A stretch of 64,000 bases of DNA from Thermoanaerobaculia bacterium (lineage in GTDB: Bacteria; Acidobacteriota; Thermoanaerobaculia; UBA5066): NCBI GenBank assembly GCA_038245905.1, contig JBBRRY010000001.1:32001-96000 (forward strand), read 5' to 3'. The translations under genes were made by a program, and so were the position numbers. The notes under the pieces are model-generated. The model worked only from the letters and a program-made list of their open reading frames with translations. It was not told the origin of the DNA and did not search any database. Numbering within the stretch: position 1 is the stretch's first letter; each line of letters begins with the position of its first letter. Below, one piece after another: positions 1 through 8,752 of this stretch.

Positions 1-169
1 TGCCTGGATCGTCTCGGCCGCCGGGTACCGTGGAGTCACCTCCTGCGCGGTCGCCGGCGATGCAGACGCGCAGACTGAGACGATCAGGAGAATCGCGAAC
101 ATTGGACCTCGTCTCGTCGGTGCATTCCTCAATGTCGGGTGATCCGCAAGTTGCGTGCCGGGCGTTTCG

Positions 170-184
170 TGGCACGAGAGTTGC
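170..184 (+). promoter_or_regulatory. sigma-54 (-24/-12) promoter upstream of the DUF2959 lipoprotein
   Basis: TGGCACG-AGAG-TTGC is an exact match to the RpoN consensus TGGCACG-N4-TTGC, 35 bp before the ATG at 219. Confidence 0.8.
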
Positions 185-218
185 GCTGTTCAGCACCGAC
201 ACGAAAGGCAAGATCATA

Positions 219-872
219 ATGAAAAGCAATTCCATCTCGACCGCAGTGTCGTGCCTCGGATCGGCGACCCTCGTTCTCGGTCTCGCCTGCGCCTCGAGCG
301 GCCCTTCCCGCTCCGCGAAGACGGTGGAAACAATGGACGAGACCCACGCGGGCCTTACGAAGGTACGCACGCAGATCGACCGAACGTTGACGTCCCTGAG
401 CGACCTGATGAGCGCCGGCCCGGAGAGGCTCCGGCCGACGTACAGCGCGTTCAGCAAGGACGTCGACAAGCTGCGAGCCGACGCCGTGCAGACGAAGAAC
501 CGCTTTCGGAACATGAAGACGAAGAGAAACGACTATCTCGCGGCTTGGGGAAAGGAGCAGGGCCGTGTGAGCGACCCAGAGCTCCGGCAGATCGGCGACG
601 CCCGTCGCTCGGAGGCTACGGCGAGCCTGGACAGGGCGATCGAGTCGCTGACGGTCGCGAACGAGGCATTCGACCCGTTCCTGAATAACCTCGCCGATGT
701 CCAGAAGGTCCTCGGCAACGACCTTACTCCCGCGGGCCAGAGGCTCGTCTCGAACACCGCCGTCGTCCAGGGCGTCAACGACAAGGGAGCCCGCGTGGCG
801 CGGAGCATCGACATCGCGCTCGCGGCGCTCTCGAACGTTTCGGGTCAGCTTTCTCCGAGCGCGGTGAAGTAG
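219..872 (+). CDS. DUF2959-like helical lipoprotein
   Basis: ATG at 219 after AAAGG; signal peptide with lipobox-like GLAC; coiled-coil body with YLAAW...I/VSDPELR and L.DVQKVLGNDLTPAG, typical of DUF2959. Confidence 0.7.
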   Translation: MKSNSISTAVSCLGSATLVLGLACASSGPSRSAKTVETMDETHAGLTKVRTQIDRTLTSLSDLMSAGPERLRPTYSAFSKDVDKLRADAVQTKNRFRNMKTKRNDYLAAWGKEQGRVSDPELRQIGDARRSEATASLDRAIESLTVANEAFDPFLNNLADVQKVLGNDLTPAGQRLVSNTAVVQGVNDKGARVARSIDIALAALSNVSGQLSPSAVK

Positions 873-876
873 AGGC

Positions 877-1506
877 TCAGGGCTCGAGCCGGGACGCGTG
901 CACGATGAACCGGTTCGGCGCATTCCCCACGTACGTGAACGGATAGCACGTCACGAGCGTGAGGACGGCGTCGCCGGTCGGGTCGAGAATCCGCGTCGCC
1001 TCCGGCGCGACCACCTCGGTCGACGCTACGCGGTACTCGTAGCGGCGGCCGGCCGTGCGTATGCGGATCGTGTCGTCGACCCGGATGTGCTTGAGCGCGC
1101 GGAAAAAAGAATCCCGGTGACCCGCGAGGGCCATGTTGCCCCGCTCGCCGGGCCGCGCCGTGCCGGGGATGTGTCCGACCGCCACGGAAAGAGTCGCGTC
1201 GTCGTCACCTTCCCGCACGATCGCCGAGACCCCGATCCGCGGGATGTCGATCCGGCCGAGAACGAGCGGATCGACGTCCAAGGCAGCCGCGGACGGTCCC
1301 TCGGACGCCGGCGTCGAAGCGGGCGCGACCCGGGATGCTGACGCGCCGGCCCTTCGCTCCACTTCGGAAAAGGCGCGCCCCTGGCGCGCCTGGTAGACCC
1401 GGCTGTTGACGATCGCTACGAGGGCCACGCCGAGGAGAGAGAGGCCGATCGCGCAGAGCGCGAGATCGGCCCCGTGGAACCACCGTGCGATGCCGGACCT
1501 GGTCAC
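877..1506 (-). CDS. class D sortase
   Basis: N-terminal TM anchor; GRIDIPRIG, GHIPGT, LAGHRDSFF (catalytic His), LTLVTCYPF (catalytic Cys), downstream Arg (NRFIVHA). Confidence 0.92.
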   Translation of the reverse strand: MTRSGIARWFHGADLALCAIGLSLLGVALVAIVNSRVYQARQGRAFSEVERRAGASASRVAPASTPASEGPSAAALDVDPLVLGRIDIPRIGVSAIVREGDDDATLSVAVGHIPGTARPGERGNMALAGHRDSFFRALKHIRVDDTIRIRTAGRRYEYRVASTEVVAPEATRILDPTGDAVLTLVTCYPFTYVGNAPNRFIVHASRLEP

Positions 1507-2201
1507 ACCGCCCGGTTCGCGAGTGCGCGAAGCCCGAAAGCGCCGCCCAGAGACAAGAGCCCCAGCGCGGCGAAGAGGGGAACGTGACTTGCGGTCGCCG
1601 GCAGCTGCTTGACGGGACGGGCCTCCGCCACGACGGCGACCGGCACCGGCGCTTTCTGAACTACGACCACCGGCTCTTCGTACGGCTTCACGTTCTGATC
1701 CGGCGTCACGACCGTGAAGGTCGCCGTCTTGTAATCAGCTTCCTTGACCTCGTCGGGGATCGCGATCACGGGCTCCTTGGCCAAGGCCGCGAGCTCCATA
1801 GCGCGCCGCTTCGGATAGATGATGTCCTGGCCGTTCGTCGTGTCGCGAGCGAACCACGTGCGAAGCGCCCTGGGTTGACCTGCCGCGGCCGTGTAATAGA
1901 TGTAGCGGCTGGTTGGCACCACCTCGTTCGGCCGGAGGGTGTGCGGCGTGGCGAGGACGCTGGCGAAGACCTTCGTCTGCTCCTCGTTCGTGACCTGAAT
2001 CATGTTGCGGTTGGACGCGAGCATCACGACCTTGATCAGGTACGTTCCCGGCTGAAGGGTGACGCCCCCTACATCGACCGGCTCCGTCACGGTGAAGGTC
2101 GAGTTCTCCCGATCGCTCTGCGCATAGGCGGCGGGCGTCGATACGATCCCGAGGAGCGTCGCGAACGCGCCCAAGGCCAGGCATTTCATCAGCGTTTTCA
2201 T
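1503..2201 (-). CDS. secreted protein with LPxTA sortase sorting signal
   Basis: Signal peptide (..PAAYA/Q); C-terminal LPATA, hydrophobic helix and basic tail (RALANRAV); stop overlaps the sortase start. Confidence 0.85.
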   Translation of the reverse strand: MKTLMKCLALGAFATLLGIVSTPAAYAQSDRENSTFTVTEPVDVGGVTLQPGTYLIKVVMLASNRNMIQVTNEEQTKVFASVLATPHTLRPNEVVPTSRYIYYTAAAGQPRALRTWFARDTTNGQDIIYPKRRAMELAALAKEPVIAIPDEVKEADYKTATFTVVTPDQNVKPYEEPVVVVQKAPVPVAVVAEARPVKQLPATASHVPLFAALGLLSLGGAFGLRALANRAV

Positions 2202-2274
2202 CTCAAACCTCTTCTTTCTTCTTGATGTTGATGGACTCTGGACAGACCGGAGACGGTCCAGCAGCCGGAGGAGC

Positions 2275-2829
2275 TCAGTTGAGAAGGTTGACGACCTTCT
2301 TGACGCCCTCGATCGAACGGGTCTTCTTGATTGCGGCCTTCGAGGACTCGGGGTTGTCGAGCTTGCCGCGCAGGCTGACGACGCCGTCGACGACCTCGAC
2401 CTCGATCTTGAGTGCGTTCCTTCCGATCTCGGTCAGGAGGATTCCCTTGACCTTCAATTCGAGGGCCACGTTCTTCACGGAGGCTTCGCTTGCGGCCAAC
2501 GGCCCGGCGGCGTCCTTCACCGTCACCTTGTTGTCGACCTTCTTGATCCCGTCGACCGACAGGGCGACCTCCTCGGCGAGGCCCTGGCTGGGTGACTTCG
2601 CCACTTCACCGGTGAGCGTGGCTGTCTCTCCGGAGACAGAGACGCTGATCCGGAGGGCGTCTGCGCCGAGCTTGTCGATCAGTCTGGCCCTGACGGAGGT
2701 GGCATTGAGCGCGTCGGAGACTTCCGTAGGAACCGCATGGGAGGTGTCTGCGGCGTTCGCGGGTGACGCCACGAGAAGCCATGTGAGGGAGAGGGTTGCC
2801 GCGAGGATCGGTACAAAGTTCCTTTTCAT
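2275..2829 (-). CDS. double-BON domain periplasmic protein (OsmY-like)
   Basis: Signal peptide from MKRNF (AGGAG RBS); two BON repeats (ISVSVSGETATLTG..DGIKKVDNKV; IEVEVVDGVVSLRG..EGVKKVVNLL). Confidence 0.88.
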   Translation of the reverse strand: MKRNFVPILAATLSLTWLLVASPANAADTSHAVPTEVSDALNATSVRARLIDKLGADALRISVSVSGETATLTGEVAKSPSQGLAEEVALSVDGIKKVDNKVTVKDAAGPLAASEASVKNVALELKVKGILLTEIGRNALKIEVEVVDGVVSLRGKLDNPESSKAAIKKTRSIEGVKKVVNLLN

Positions 2830-2858
2830 TGAATGAATCTCCTGCTCTGCCTCACAGC

Positions 2859-2873
2859 GCAATTCCCCTGCCA
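2859..2873 (-). promoter_or_regulatory. sigma-54 promoter for the BON-LPxTA-sortase operon
   Basis: Minus strand TGGCAGG-GGAA-TTGC, GG-N10-GC spacing. Confidence 0.75.
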
Positions 2874-2919
2874 GGTGCGGTTCGAACGGCACGACGTCTT
2901 CACGACCGATTCGCTCTTC

Positions 2920-2956
2920 AAAACGGCCGCCCCCCGGTGAGCCCGGCCGGGGGGCG
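2920..2956 (-). terminator. probable intrinsic terminator after csbD
   Basis: Perfect 10-bp stem CGCCCCCCGG/CCGGGGGGCG (2928-2956), followed on the minus strand by GCCGTTTT. Confidence 0.5.
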
Positions 2957-2989
2957 CGTAACGTGCAGAACGTTCCGATCCGACTCGAA

Positions 2990-3193
2990 TTATTTCTTGA
3001 TGGCGTTGCCGAGATCCGTCAGAGCCTGGCCGACTTTGTGGCTCACCTTGCCGAGACCCTCTTCGATCGCGCCCGTCGTGCGCTGAGCCGCACCCTCCCA
3101 TTCCATCTTCTTGTTGCCCGAGAGGATTCCAACGGCCTCTTTCACTTTCCCCTTGGCCTTGTTCACTTTCCCGTCGACTTCCTGCTGTTTCAT
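2990..3193 (-). CDS. csbD: CsbD family general stress protein
   Basis: 67 aa; GKVNKAKGKVKEAVGILSGN...EG..Q..G pattern; AAGGAG RBS. Confidence 0.88.
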   Translation of the reverse strand: MKQQEVDGKVNKAKGKVKEAVGILSGNKKMEWEGAAQRTTGAIEEGLGKVSHKVGQALTDLGNAIKK

Positions 3194-3230
3194 GGTGTTC
3201 TCCTTTCCGTACTTTCCGTGAGAGGGATAC

Positions 3231-3245
3231 GCATGCGCTATGCCA
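3231..3245 (-). promoter_or_regulatory. sigma-54 promoter for csbD
   Basis: Minus strand TGGCATA-GCGC-ATGC, GG-N10-GC. Confidence 0.7.
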
Positions 3246-3256
3246 TGCGGGGCCCA

Positions 3257-3784
3257 TTACGACTTGGGCGTGCTCTCCTCAGTGTTCGGTGCGGGGGCCA
3301 TCCCCGTCTTCATCATCGGGCAGTCCATTCCGCCCCTTCCGCCGTTCATGTGCATGTGATGGTCCATGTGCGCCATCGTCCCGTGATGCATCTCCATCAT
3401 CATCGAGCGAGAGGCCTTGCGCTGGGCGACGAGCTCGTTGAGGACGGCCGCCATCGGCCTCTCCAGGGCGCCGACATCCTTGGACGCCTTGGCGGCGTTC
3501 ATTTCCGCCACGAGCTTGTCCAGCGTGGCGTCCATCGCGAGCATCTTGTCCTGCATTTCCTGCTTCTTCGCCATCATGGATTCGCATTCCGCTTTCATGG
3601 CGTCGGTATGCTTGGCCGTTGCCGCGCTGCCCCTGTGGTGGCCCGTCATGGAGGTCGTCCGCGGGCTCTTGGCGGCCGTGGAGGGAGCTGCAGGCGGAGG
3701 CGTCTGGGCGCCGGCGCTCACGGCCAACGCGAGCGCGGTCGCGGCAATTGCGCCTGGAACGAGAGCGCGGAGGTGCATGTTCAT
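3257..3784 (-). CDS. secreted Met/His-rich helical protein (possible metal-binding)
   Basis: GAGGA RBS before ATG 3784; signal peptide (..AVSAGA/Q); MMMEMHHGTMAHMDHHMHM..MDCPMM. Confidence 0.75.
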   Translation of the reverse strand: MNMHLRALVPGAIAATALALAVSAGAQTPPPAAPSTAAKSPRTTSMTGHHRGSAATAKHTDAMKAECESMMAKKQEMQDKMLAMDATLDKLVAEMNAAKASKDVGALERPMAAVLNELVAQRKASRSMMMEMHHGTMAHMDHHMHMNGGRGGMDCPMMKTGMAPAPNTEESTPKS

Positions 3785-3861
3785 TGTCGTTTTCCTCATT
3801 GCGGCCCAAGGGACCGCGCGTTTGGGCGCCTTGGGGTCGCCAGGCGCGGATGAAAGTGCGG

Positions 3862-4080
3862 CTACTTCTTCGCGCGAACGAAGAGCAGAACCCCGCCGAC
3901 CACGATCGCCGAGACGCCGGCCCACACCGGCACGTTGACGCTCTCCTTTTCCTTGATCGCAAACTCGAGCGGCCCGATCTTTGTCTGATGTGTCTTTTTG
4001 GTGTAACTGAAGCCGCCGTACAAGAGCGCGAGAACGCCCGCGACGAGAAGAACGAGAGCGACGCCTTTGGACCTGTCCAT
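3862..4080 (-). CDS. small two-TM membrane protein
   Basis: AAGGAGG RBS; two hydrophobic helices flanking GGFSYTK..KIGPLE..KEKESVNVPVWAG. Confidence 0.8.
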   Translation of the reverse strand: MDRSKGVALVLLVAGVLALLYGGFSYTKKTHQTKIGPLEFAIKEKESVNVPVWAGVSAIVVGGVLLFVRAKK

Positions 4081-4142
4081 CTAGTGGCCTCCTTCGGAAC
4101 AGCAGTTCGTGTCCATTTCTGACTTCACGAGCTTGAAGAGCA

Positions 4143-4211
4143 GCCGATCGGCCCGGCGCCCACGATCGCCACGGTGTCTCCCGGCTTCACCTGGCCGTTC
4201 AGGACCCCGCA
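4143..4211 (-). pseudogene. remnant of a Zn-dependent alcohol dehydrogenase gene
   Basis: Minus-strand frame reads CGVLNGQVKPGDTVAIVGAGPIG (MDR-family segment ending in the Rossmann GxGxxG), with no in-frame start and a stop 6 codons later. Confidence 0.6.
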
Positions 4212-4229
4212 TCATGTCTCGAGGCTTTC

Positions 4230-4244
4230 GCAACAACGATGCCG
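4230..4244 (-). promoter_or_regulatory. sigma-54 promoter for the 4080/3784 genes
   Basis: Minus strand CGGCATC-GTTG-TTGC, GG-N10-GC. Confidence 0.7.
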
Positions 4245-4284
4245 CATGGCCGTCGCACCGCCGTCGAGCCGGGCGTGTGCGCGG

Positions 4285-4321
4285 CGGCACGTTTTGCCGA
4301 ATCGTGCGGAAAAGTGTGCCG
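4285..4321. promoter_or_regulatory. putative tandem enhancer (UAS) sites for a sigma-54 activator
   Basis: CGGCA-CGTTT-TGCCG (4285-4299) and CGGAA-AAGTG-TGCCG (4307-4321), dyad sites 22 bp apart, upstream of the 4244 promoter. Confidence 0.5.
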
Positions 4322-4353
4322 ATGTTTTATGCTCCTCGCGAGGCCCTTTTTCG

Positions 4354-6003
4354 ATGCCTGACCCGCTCCGCGTTCTGCTTGTCGACGCCGACGAGGCCGC
4401 CGTCGCTCTGATGCGCGGCCATATGGCAGAGATGAAGGCTCCAATCGACATGGAGCGGGCCGCGAGCTTCGGCGTCGGCCTCGAGCAGATGACGTCACAC
4501 CACTACGACGCCCACCTCGTCGCCTCCCGGATCGGCACACGGAGCGGGTTAGAGCTCCTGCGCGCCTACCGCGAGTCCGGCGGCGATGGTGCCGTGATCC
4601 TGATCGCGGACGAGCCGGACCGGGCCGAGGACCTCTCAGCTCTGGAGAGCGGCGCCTCGGACTACCTCGTCCGAGATCGTCTCGATGCGACCCTGCTGGA
4701 GAAATCCATTCGGTACGCGGTCGAGGAGTCGAGGCGCGCGGCGGGCCTCCGCCGCGTTCGAGACGAGTTCGAGACTCGGGTCGCCGAGCGGGCCGACGTG
4801 CTCGAAACCATGAACGAAGCACTGGCGGCCGAGGTGGCCGAGCGGCGGGCGGCCGAGCGTGCGCTACGCGAGGAGGACCGCCGGAAGGACGCGTTCTTCG
4901 CCACGCTGGCACACGAGCTCCGCAATCCCCTCGCGCCGCTGTCGTTCGCGACCGAGATCCTGTCGCGGACGAGCGACACGCCCGAGGAGCAGGCGAGGCG
5001 CGAACGCGCCCTGCGCGTGATCGAGCGTCAGGTCGCGCACATGGTGCGTTTGATCGACGATCTTCTCGACCACTCCCGTATCACGCACGGGAAGCTGGAT
5101 CTGCGCCGCGAGCGGGTGTCCCTCGCGGTCGTCATCGAGAACGCGCTCGAAACGGCAAGGCCTCTTCTAATCGGTCGCCGGCAGGCGTTCGAGCTGATCG
5201 TGCCCGAGGTGCCGGTGCCCCTGCATGTCGATCCGATGCGTCTCGCGCAGGTTTTGTCGAACCTTCTCTCGAACGCCGCCAAGTTCACCGAGCCGGGCGG
5301 ACGCATCCGCCTCGAGGCCGTTCGAGACGGAAATGACGTCGTGGTGTCGGTCGTCGACTCCGGGATCGGGATCCCGGCGGCGCACCTTGCGCACGTCTTC
5401 ACGATGTTCGGTCAGGGGCACCGCGCGCAGAAGGCAGTCTTCGGAGGACTCGGGATCGGCCTCGCTCTTGCGAAGGGCCTCGCCGAGCTGCACGGCGGCA
5501 CTCTGACTGCGGCGAGCGACGGCGAGGGGAAGGGGAGTGTCTTCACGCTCCGTCTCGCGTGCGCGGCAGACCACTCCGCCGCTCCGGTGGCGACGCAGAC
5601 TCCGCCGAGTGTGACGCCGCCCTCACGCCGGATCCTCGTCGTCGACGACAACGTCGAGGCCGCTCTCACGCTCGCCGAGCTGCTGGCGCTCGAGGGGCAC
5701 GAGACGCACGTCGCGCACGACGGCCCGGCCGCCGTCGATGCCGCGCGGCGCCTGAGCCCCGACGTCGCGATTCTCGACATCGGCCTGCCCGGGTTCGACG
5801 GGCTCGAGGTGGCGCGCCGTCTCCGGGCGGAGCCGGGACTCGGGGACCTTCTCCTCGTGGCTCTCTCGGGCTGGGTCCAGCCGGACGATCGGGAACGATC
5901 CCGGGAGGCTGGCTTCGACTATCACTTCGCGAAGCCGATCCGGCTCAAGAGCCTCGAGCTCGTCCTCCTGGAAGCGCGGGGTGATCGAGGCCGTAATGCT
6001 TGA
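4354..6003 (+). CDS. cytoplasmic hybrid histidine kinase (REC-HisKA-HATPase-REC)
   Basis: N-terminal degenerate REC; [10 protein letters not shown]-box; [10 protein letters not shown]; DSGIGI; GGLGIGL; C-terminal REC (ILVVDDN..LDIGLP..AKP). Confidence 0.93.
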   Translation: MPDPLRVLLVDADEAAVALMRGHMAEMKAPIDMERAASFGVGLEQMTSHHYDAHLVASRIGTRSGLELLRAYRESGGDGAVILIADEPDRAEDLSALESGASDYLVRDRLDATLLEKSIRYAVEESRRAAGLRRVRDEFETRVAERADVLETMNEALAAEVAERRAAERALREEDRRKDAFFATLAHELRNPLAPLSFATEILSRTSDTPEEQARRERALRVIERQVAHMVRLIDDLLDHSRITHGKLDLRRERVSLAVVIENALETARPLLIGRRQAFELIVPEVPVPLHVDPMRLAQVLSNLLSNAAKFTEPGGRIRLEAVRDGNDVVVSVVDSGIGIPAAHLAHVFTMFGQGHRAQKAVFGGLGIGLALAKGLAELHGGTLTAASDGEGKGSVFTLRLACAADHSAAPVATQTPPSVTPPSRRILVVDDNVEAALTLAELLALEGHETHVAHDGPAAVDAARRLSPDVAILDIGLPGFDGLEVARRLRAEPGLGDLLLVALSGWVQPDDRERSREAGFDYHFAKPIRLKSLELVLLEARGDRGRNA

Positions 6004-7351
6004 GCCGGTTGTAGACCGTCTTGAGGCTGATGCCGAGGAGCTCGGCCGCCGTCTTCCGGTCTCCCTTCACGGCCTGCAAGGTGGCGATCAGCAGCTTTCG
6101 CTCGACCTCTTCCAGCTTTTCTCCGACGCGCACCGGCACGGCGGGCCATGACTCGCCCGGCGGCTCCGCCTCCGGCGGGCGGTCGACCAGGTGCGACACG
6201 TCGAGGACCGCCTCCACGGCCTCTGTCTGAATGAGGGGCGGGTCGCTCAGGACATAAGTCCGATGCACCGCGTTCCGAAGCTCGCGCACGTTGCCAGGCC
6301 AGTCGTGACGGTCCAGCATGCCGAGCGCTTGCGCCTCGAACGATGTGAAACCGCGCCGCTCCTTCTCCTCGACCTGTGAAAGGAAGTGGCCCGCGAGAGC
6401 CGGGATGTCCGGCTTGCGCTCTCGCAGGGACGGCATGCGGAGAGGGAAGACGTTGAGCCGATAGAAGAGGTCGGGGCGAAACGACTTGCTTTTCACCGCC
6501 TCGGCCAGGTCGCGGTTCGAGCTCGCCACGAGCCGGACGTCGACGTCCAGCTCCTCGTTTCCGCCGACGCGCCGGAAGGCTCGGGTGTCGAGGACCCGAA
6601 GGAACTTCACCTGCAGCTCGGGCGGCATCTCCGTCACCTCGTCGAGGAAGAGGGTTCCTCCGTGGGCCATCTCGAAGGTGCCGGCACGGCGCCGCTCCGC
6701 CCCCGTGAACGCACCCTTCTCGTGCCCGAAGAGCTCGCTCTCGACGAGAGTCGGCGAGATCGCGCCGCAGTTGACTGCGACGAACGGTCCCCGAGCGCGC
6801 CGCGAGAGGGCGTGCACGGTGCGGGCCGCGATCTCCTTGCCCGTGCCGCTTTCCCCGGTGATCAACACGGGCGCTTCGGAACCCGCAACGCGGGAGATCA
6901 GACGGAAGACCTCCCGCATCGCAGGTGAGCGGCCGACCATTTCCCCGAGCTGACCCGTGCCCGCCGGCCCGAGATGTACGGCGGGCGGTGGAGCCCGATG
7001 CTCGGCAAGGCGCGCGAGAGCCGACGCGAGGAGAGTGGGCTTCAGGGGCTTGAGGAGGAAGTCGTAGGCGCCGGCCCTCATCGCGTCGACCGCGGCGAGG
7101 ATCGAGCCCTTGCCCGTCAGAACGAGAACGGCAGAATCCGGGCGAACCGCCTTCGCGGCGCGGATAACGTCGAGCCCATCCCCGTCCGGCAGCCCGAGGT
7201 CGGTGATGCAGACGTCCGGCGCTCCACGTGTCAATGCGTCGCGCGCCTCCGCAACCGAGCCAACGGCGGATGCCTCGTATCCGAGCTCCTGAATGAGCTC
7301 GACGAGCGACGCCCGGACCCTTGGCTCGTCCTCCACCACGAGGAGCTTCAT
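5945..7351 (-). CDS. NtrC-family sigma-54-dependent response regulator
   Basis: REC domain; GESGTGKE; [15 protein letters not shown]; LFLDE; WPGNVREL; C-terminal Fis HTH ([16 protein letters not shown]). Confidence 0.95.
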   Translation of the reverse strand: MKLLVVEDEPRVRASLVELIQELGYEASAVGSVAEARDALTRGAPDVCITDLGLPDGDGLDVIRAAKAVRPDSAVLVLTGKGSILAAVDAMRAGAYDFLLKPLKPTLLASALARLAEHRAPPPAVHLGPAGTGQLGEMVGRSPAMREVFRLISRVAGSEAPVLITGESGTGKEIAARTVHALSRRARGPFVAVNCGAISPTLVESELFGHEKGAFTGAERRRAGTFEMAHGGTLFLDEVTEMPPELQVKFLRVLDTRAFRRVGGNEELDVDVRLVASSNRDLAEAVKSKSFRPDLFYRLNVFPLRMPSLRERKPDIPALAGHFLSQVEEKERRGFTSFEAQALGMLDRHDWPGNVRELRNAVHRTYVLSDPPLIQTEAVEAVLDVSHLVDRPPEAEPPGESWPAVPVRVGEKLEEVERKLLIATLQAVKGDRKTAAELLGISLKTVYNRLKHYGLDHPALPGGRARGS

Positions 7352-8019
7352 GCTTCGCCCGGGCGCTCGGCGTCGCCTTCAAGCCGGACTGGCCACGAGA
7401 CGAGCGCCACGAGACGCCCATCGCGCTCGGTCAGCTCCAGCCGACCGCCATCGGCTTCGAGGGCGGCCCGGGCCACGAATAGAGACTCCGCTTCCTCGAT
7501 CCCGTGCGGCAGATCGAGGAGCCGCTCGGGACGACCATCGGCTATCACCCGCGACCCCTCGAAGGTCAAGGTCACCCGCCCGGTCTCGAGTCCCGCTCGT
7601 CCCATCGGCGAGGGCGTGCCGTCGCCTCGCGTCATGAACGACGCAACGCTCTGAATGGCCTCGGCCGACGACCTGTGCCGCAGCGGCAGCCGCGAAACGA
7701 CTCCGTCCTTTTCGTGGAGCGGAACACCCGCGGTGCGGCAGATGTCCGGGAGAGACGTCTCCTCCGGCCGCTCGCCGGCGATTTCCGCGAGGCGAAGCAA
7801 GAGGTCGAGGAGCCTGTTCGCCGTGCCCAAATCGGCCTGTGCCGCCCTGACCCGCTCCACCACCCACGAGGGATCAGCTCCGGACTGCGTCTTGAGCCGC
7901 CGATCGACGAGGTCGAGCTTCAGCGCGGCCGCCGAGAGCGGATCGGCCAGGGCATGCCGGAGAGCACGCAGGGTATGGGCGGATCCGCCCGCCGGTTCGG
8001 AAGGTGATGCGGCGTCCAT
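7348..8019 (-). CDS. degenerate histidine-kinase-like protein (putative ChpT-type phosphotransferase)
   Basis: H-box-like [12 protein letters not shown]; C-terminal [17 protein letters not shown] resembles the end of a HATPase domain but N/G1/G2 boxes are missing; stop overlaps the start of the NtrC-type gene. Confidence 0.65.
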   Translation of the reverse strand: MDAASPSEPAGGSAHTLRALRHALADPLSAAALKLDLVDRRLKTQSGADPSWVVERVRAAQADLGTANRLLDLLLRLAEIAGERPEETSLPDICRTAGVPLHEKDGVVSRLPLRHRSSAEAIQSVASFMTRGDGTPSPMGRAGLETGRVTLTFEGSRVIADGRPERLLDLPHGIEEAESLFVARAALEADGGRLELTERDGRLVALVSWPVRLEGDAERPGEA

Positions 8020-8084
8020 ATCGACCGTCAATGAAAGTAGCACATCCGCCCGGGGGGCATCTCGTTCCAGGGAGGGCGTCGGGG

Positions 8085-8522
8085 TCAGGCCGCGAGGTGG
8101 TCGAGCATCGAGGAGAGCTGAGCGATGTGCTTCCGCTGCCGCGGGATCAGCTCGAGCTCGACGAGGTTTCGGGCGTCCTCGTCGAGCGAGTCCAAGGCGG
8201 TCTCGTACTCGGTGAGACCGCGCTCCTCGACCTCGAGAAGGGCGTCCAGAAACGCCTTCCTTTCGACCAGGACCGACTTGCCGTCGCCGTTAAAAGCGGC
8301 GGAGACCGAGTCTTGCCAGGAGTGCGCCAGGACATCGGGCGCTCCCCCCCGCGCATGAACGGATACCTGAAGAGCAGTGACCGTTCGCTGGTGCTCCGCG
8401 GCGAGCTGCAGGAGCTGGTCGCCCTCGGCGAGGGCCTTCTTCTTCATCGCGCGTAAGGCCGCCTGATATCCAGCCACGGCGGCGAGCTCGACGCGAAGGA
8501 GGGAGTTGAGTCTCTCGAGCAC
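8085..8522 (-). CDS. ferritin-like four-helix protein (DUF2383/PA2169-like)
   Basis: LNSLLRVELAAVAGY..EHQR..LLEVEERGLTEYETAL..QRKH ferritin-like pattern; start placed at GTG 8522 because GTG 8537 lies inside the promoter. Confidence 0.8.
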   Translation of the reverse strand: MLERLNSLLRVELAAVAGYQAALRAMKKKALAEGDQLLQLAAEHQRTVTALQVSVHARGGAPDVLAHSWQDSVSAAFNGDGKSVLVERKAFLDALLEVEERGLTEYETALDSLDEDARNLVELELIPRQRKHIAQLSSMLDHLAA

Positions 8523-8533
8523 GTTTTGGCTAC

Positions 8534-8548
8534 GCACACAGTATGCCA
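8534..8548 (-). promoter_or_regulatory. sigma-54 promoter for the ferritin-like/HPt/NtrC operon
   Basis: Minus strand TGGCATA-CTGT-GTGC, GG-N10-GC. Confidence 0.7.
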
Positions 8549-8608
8549 GCCATGGTCGCCGATGTTTGACGGTTCGCCGCCGTCTTCCCGGTCCCTCTGT
8601 TCAAAAAT

Positions 8609-8645
8609 CGGCACGTTTGACGAAAGAGACCGGTAAGGCGTGCAG
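8609..8645. promoter_or_regulatory. putative tandem UAS sites
   Basis: CGGCACGTTTGACGA (8609) and CGGTAAGGCGTGCAG (8631): same 22-bp spacing and similar sequence to the 4285/4307 pair. Confidence 0.4.
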
Positions 8646-8752
8646 AGATGAGATGCCCCCGGGAGCGCAATTTTCGCCATCCACGAACCTGAGAGGTCGC
8701 CATGCGATATCTTCGCGGAGTCTTGGACGCGTAAACGATCTGGAGGAATGAA

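Noticed and set aside
4102-4115. Minus-strand TGGACACGAACTGC resembling a sigma-54 promoter
   Set aside because: GG-to-GC spacing is 9 nt rather than the required 10; a correctly spaced site exists at 4230-4244.
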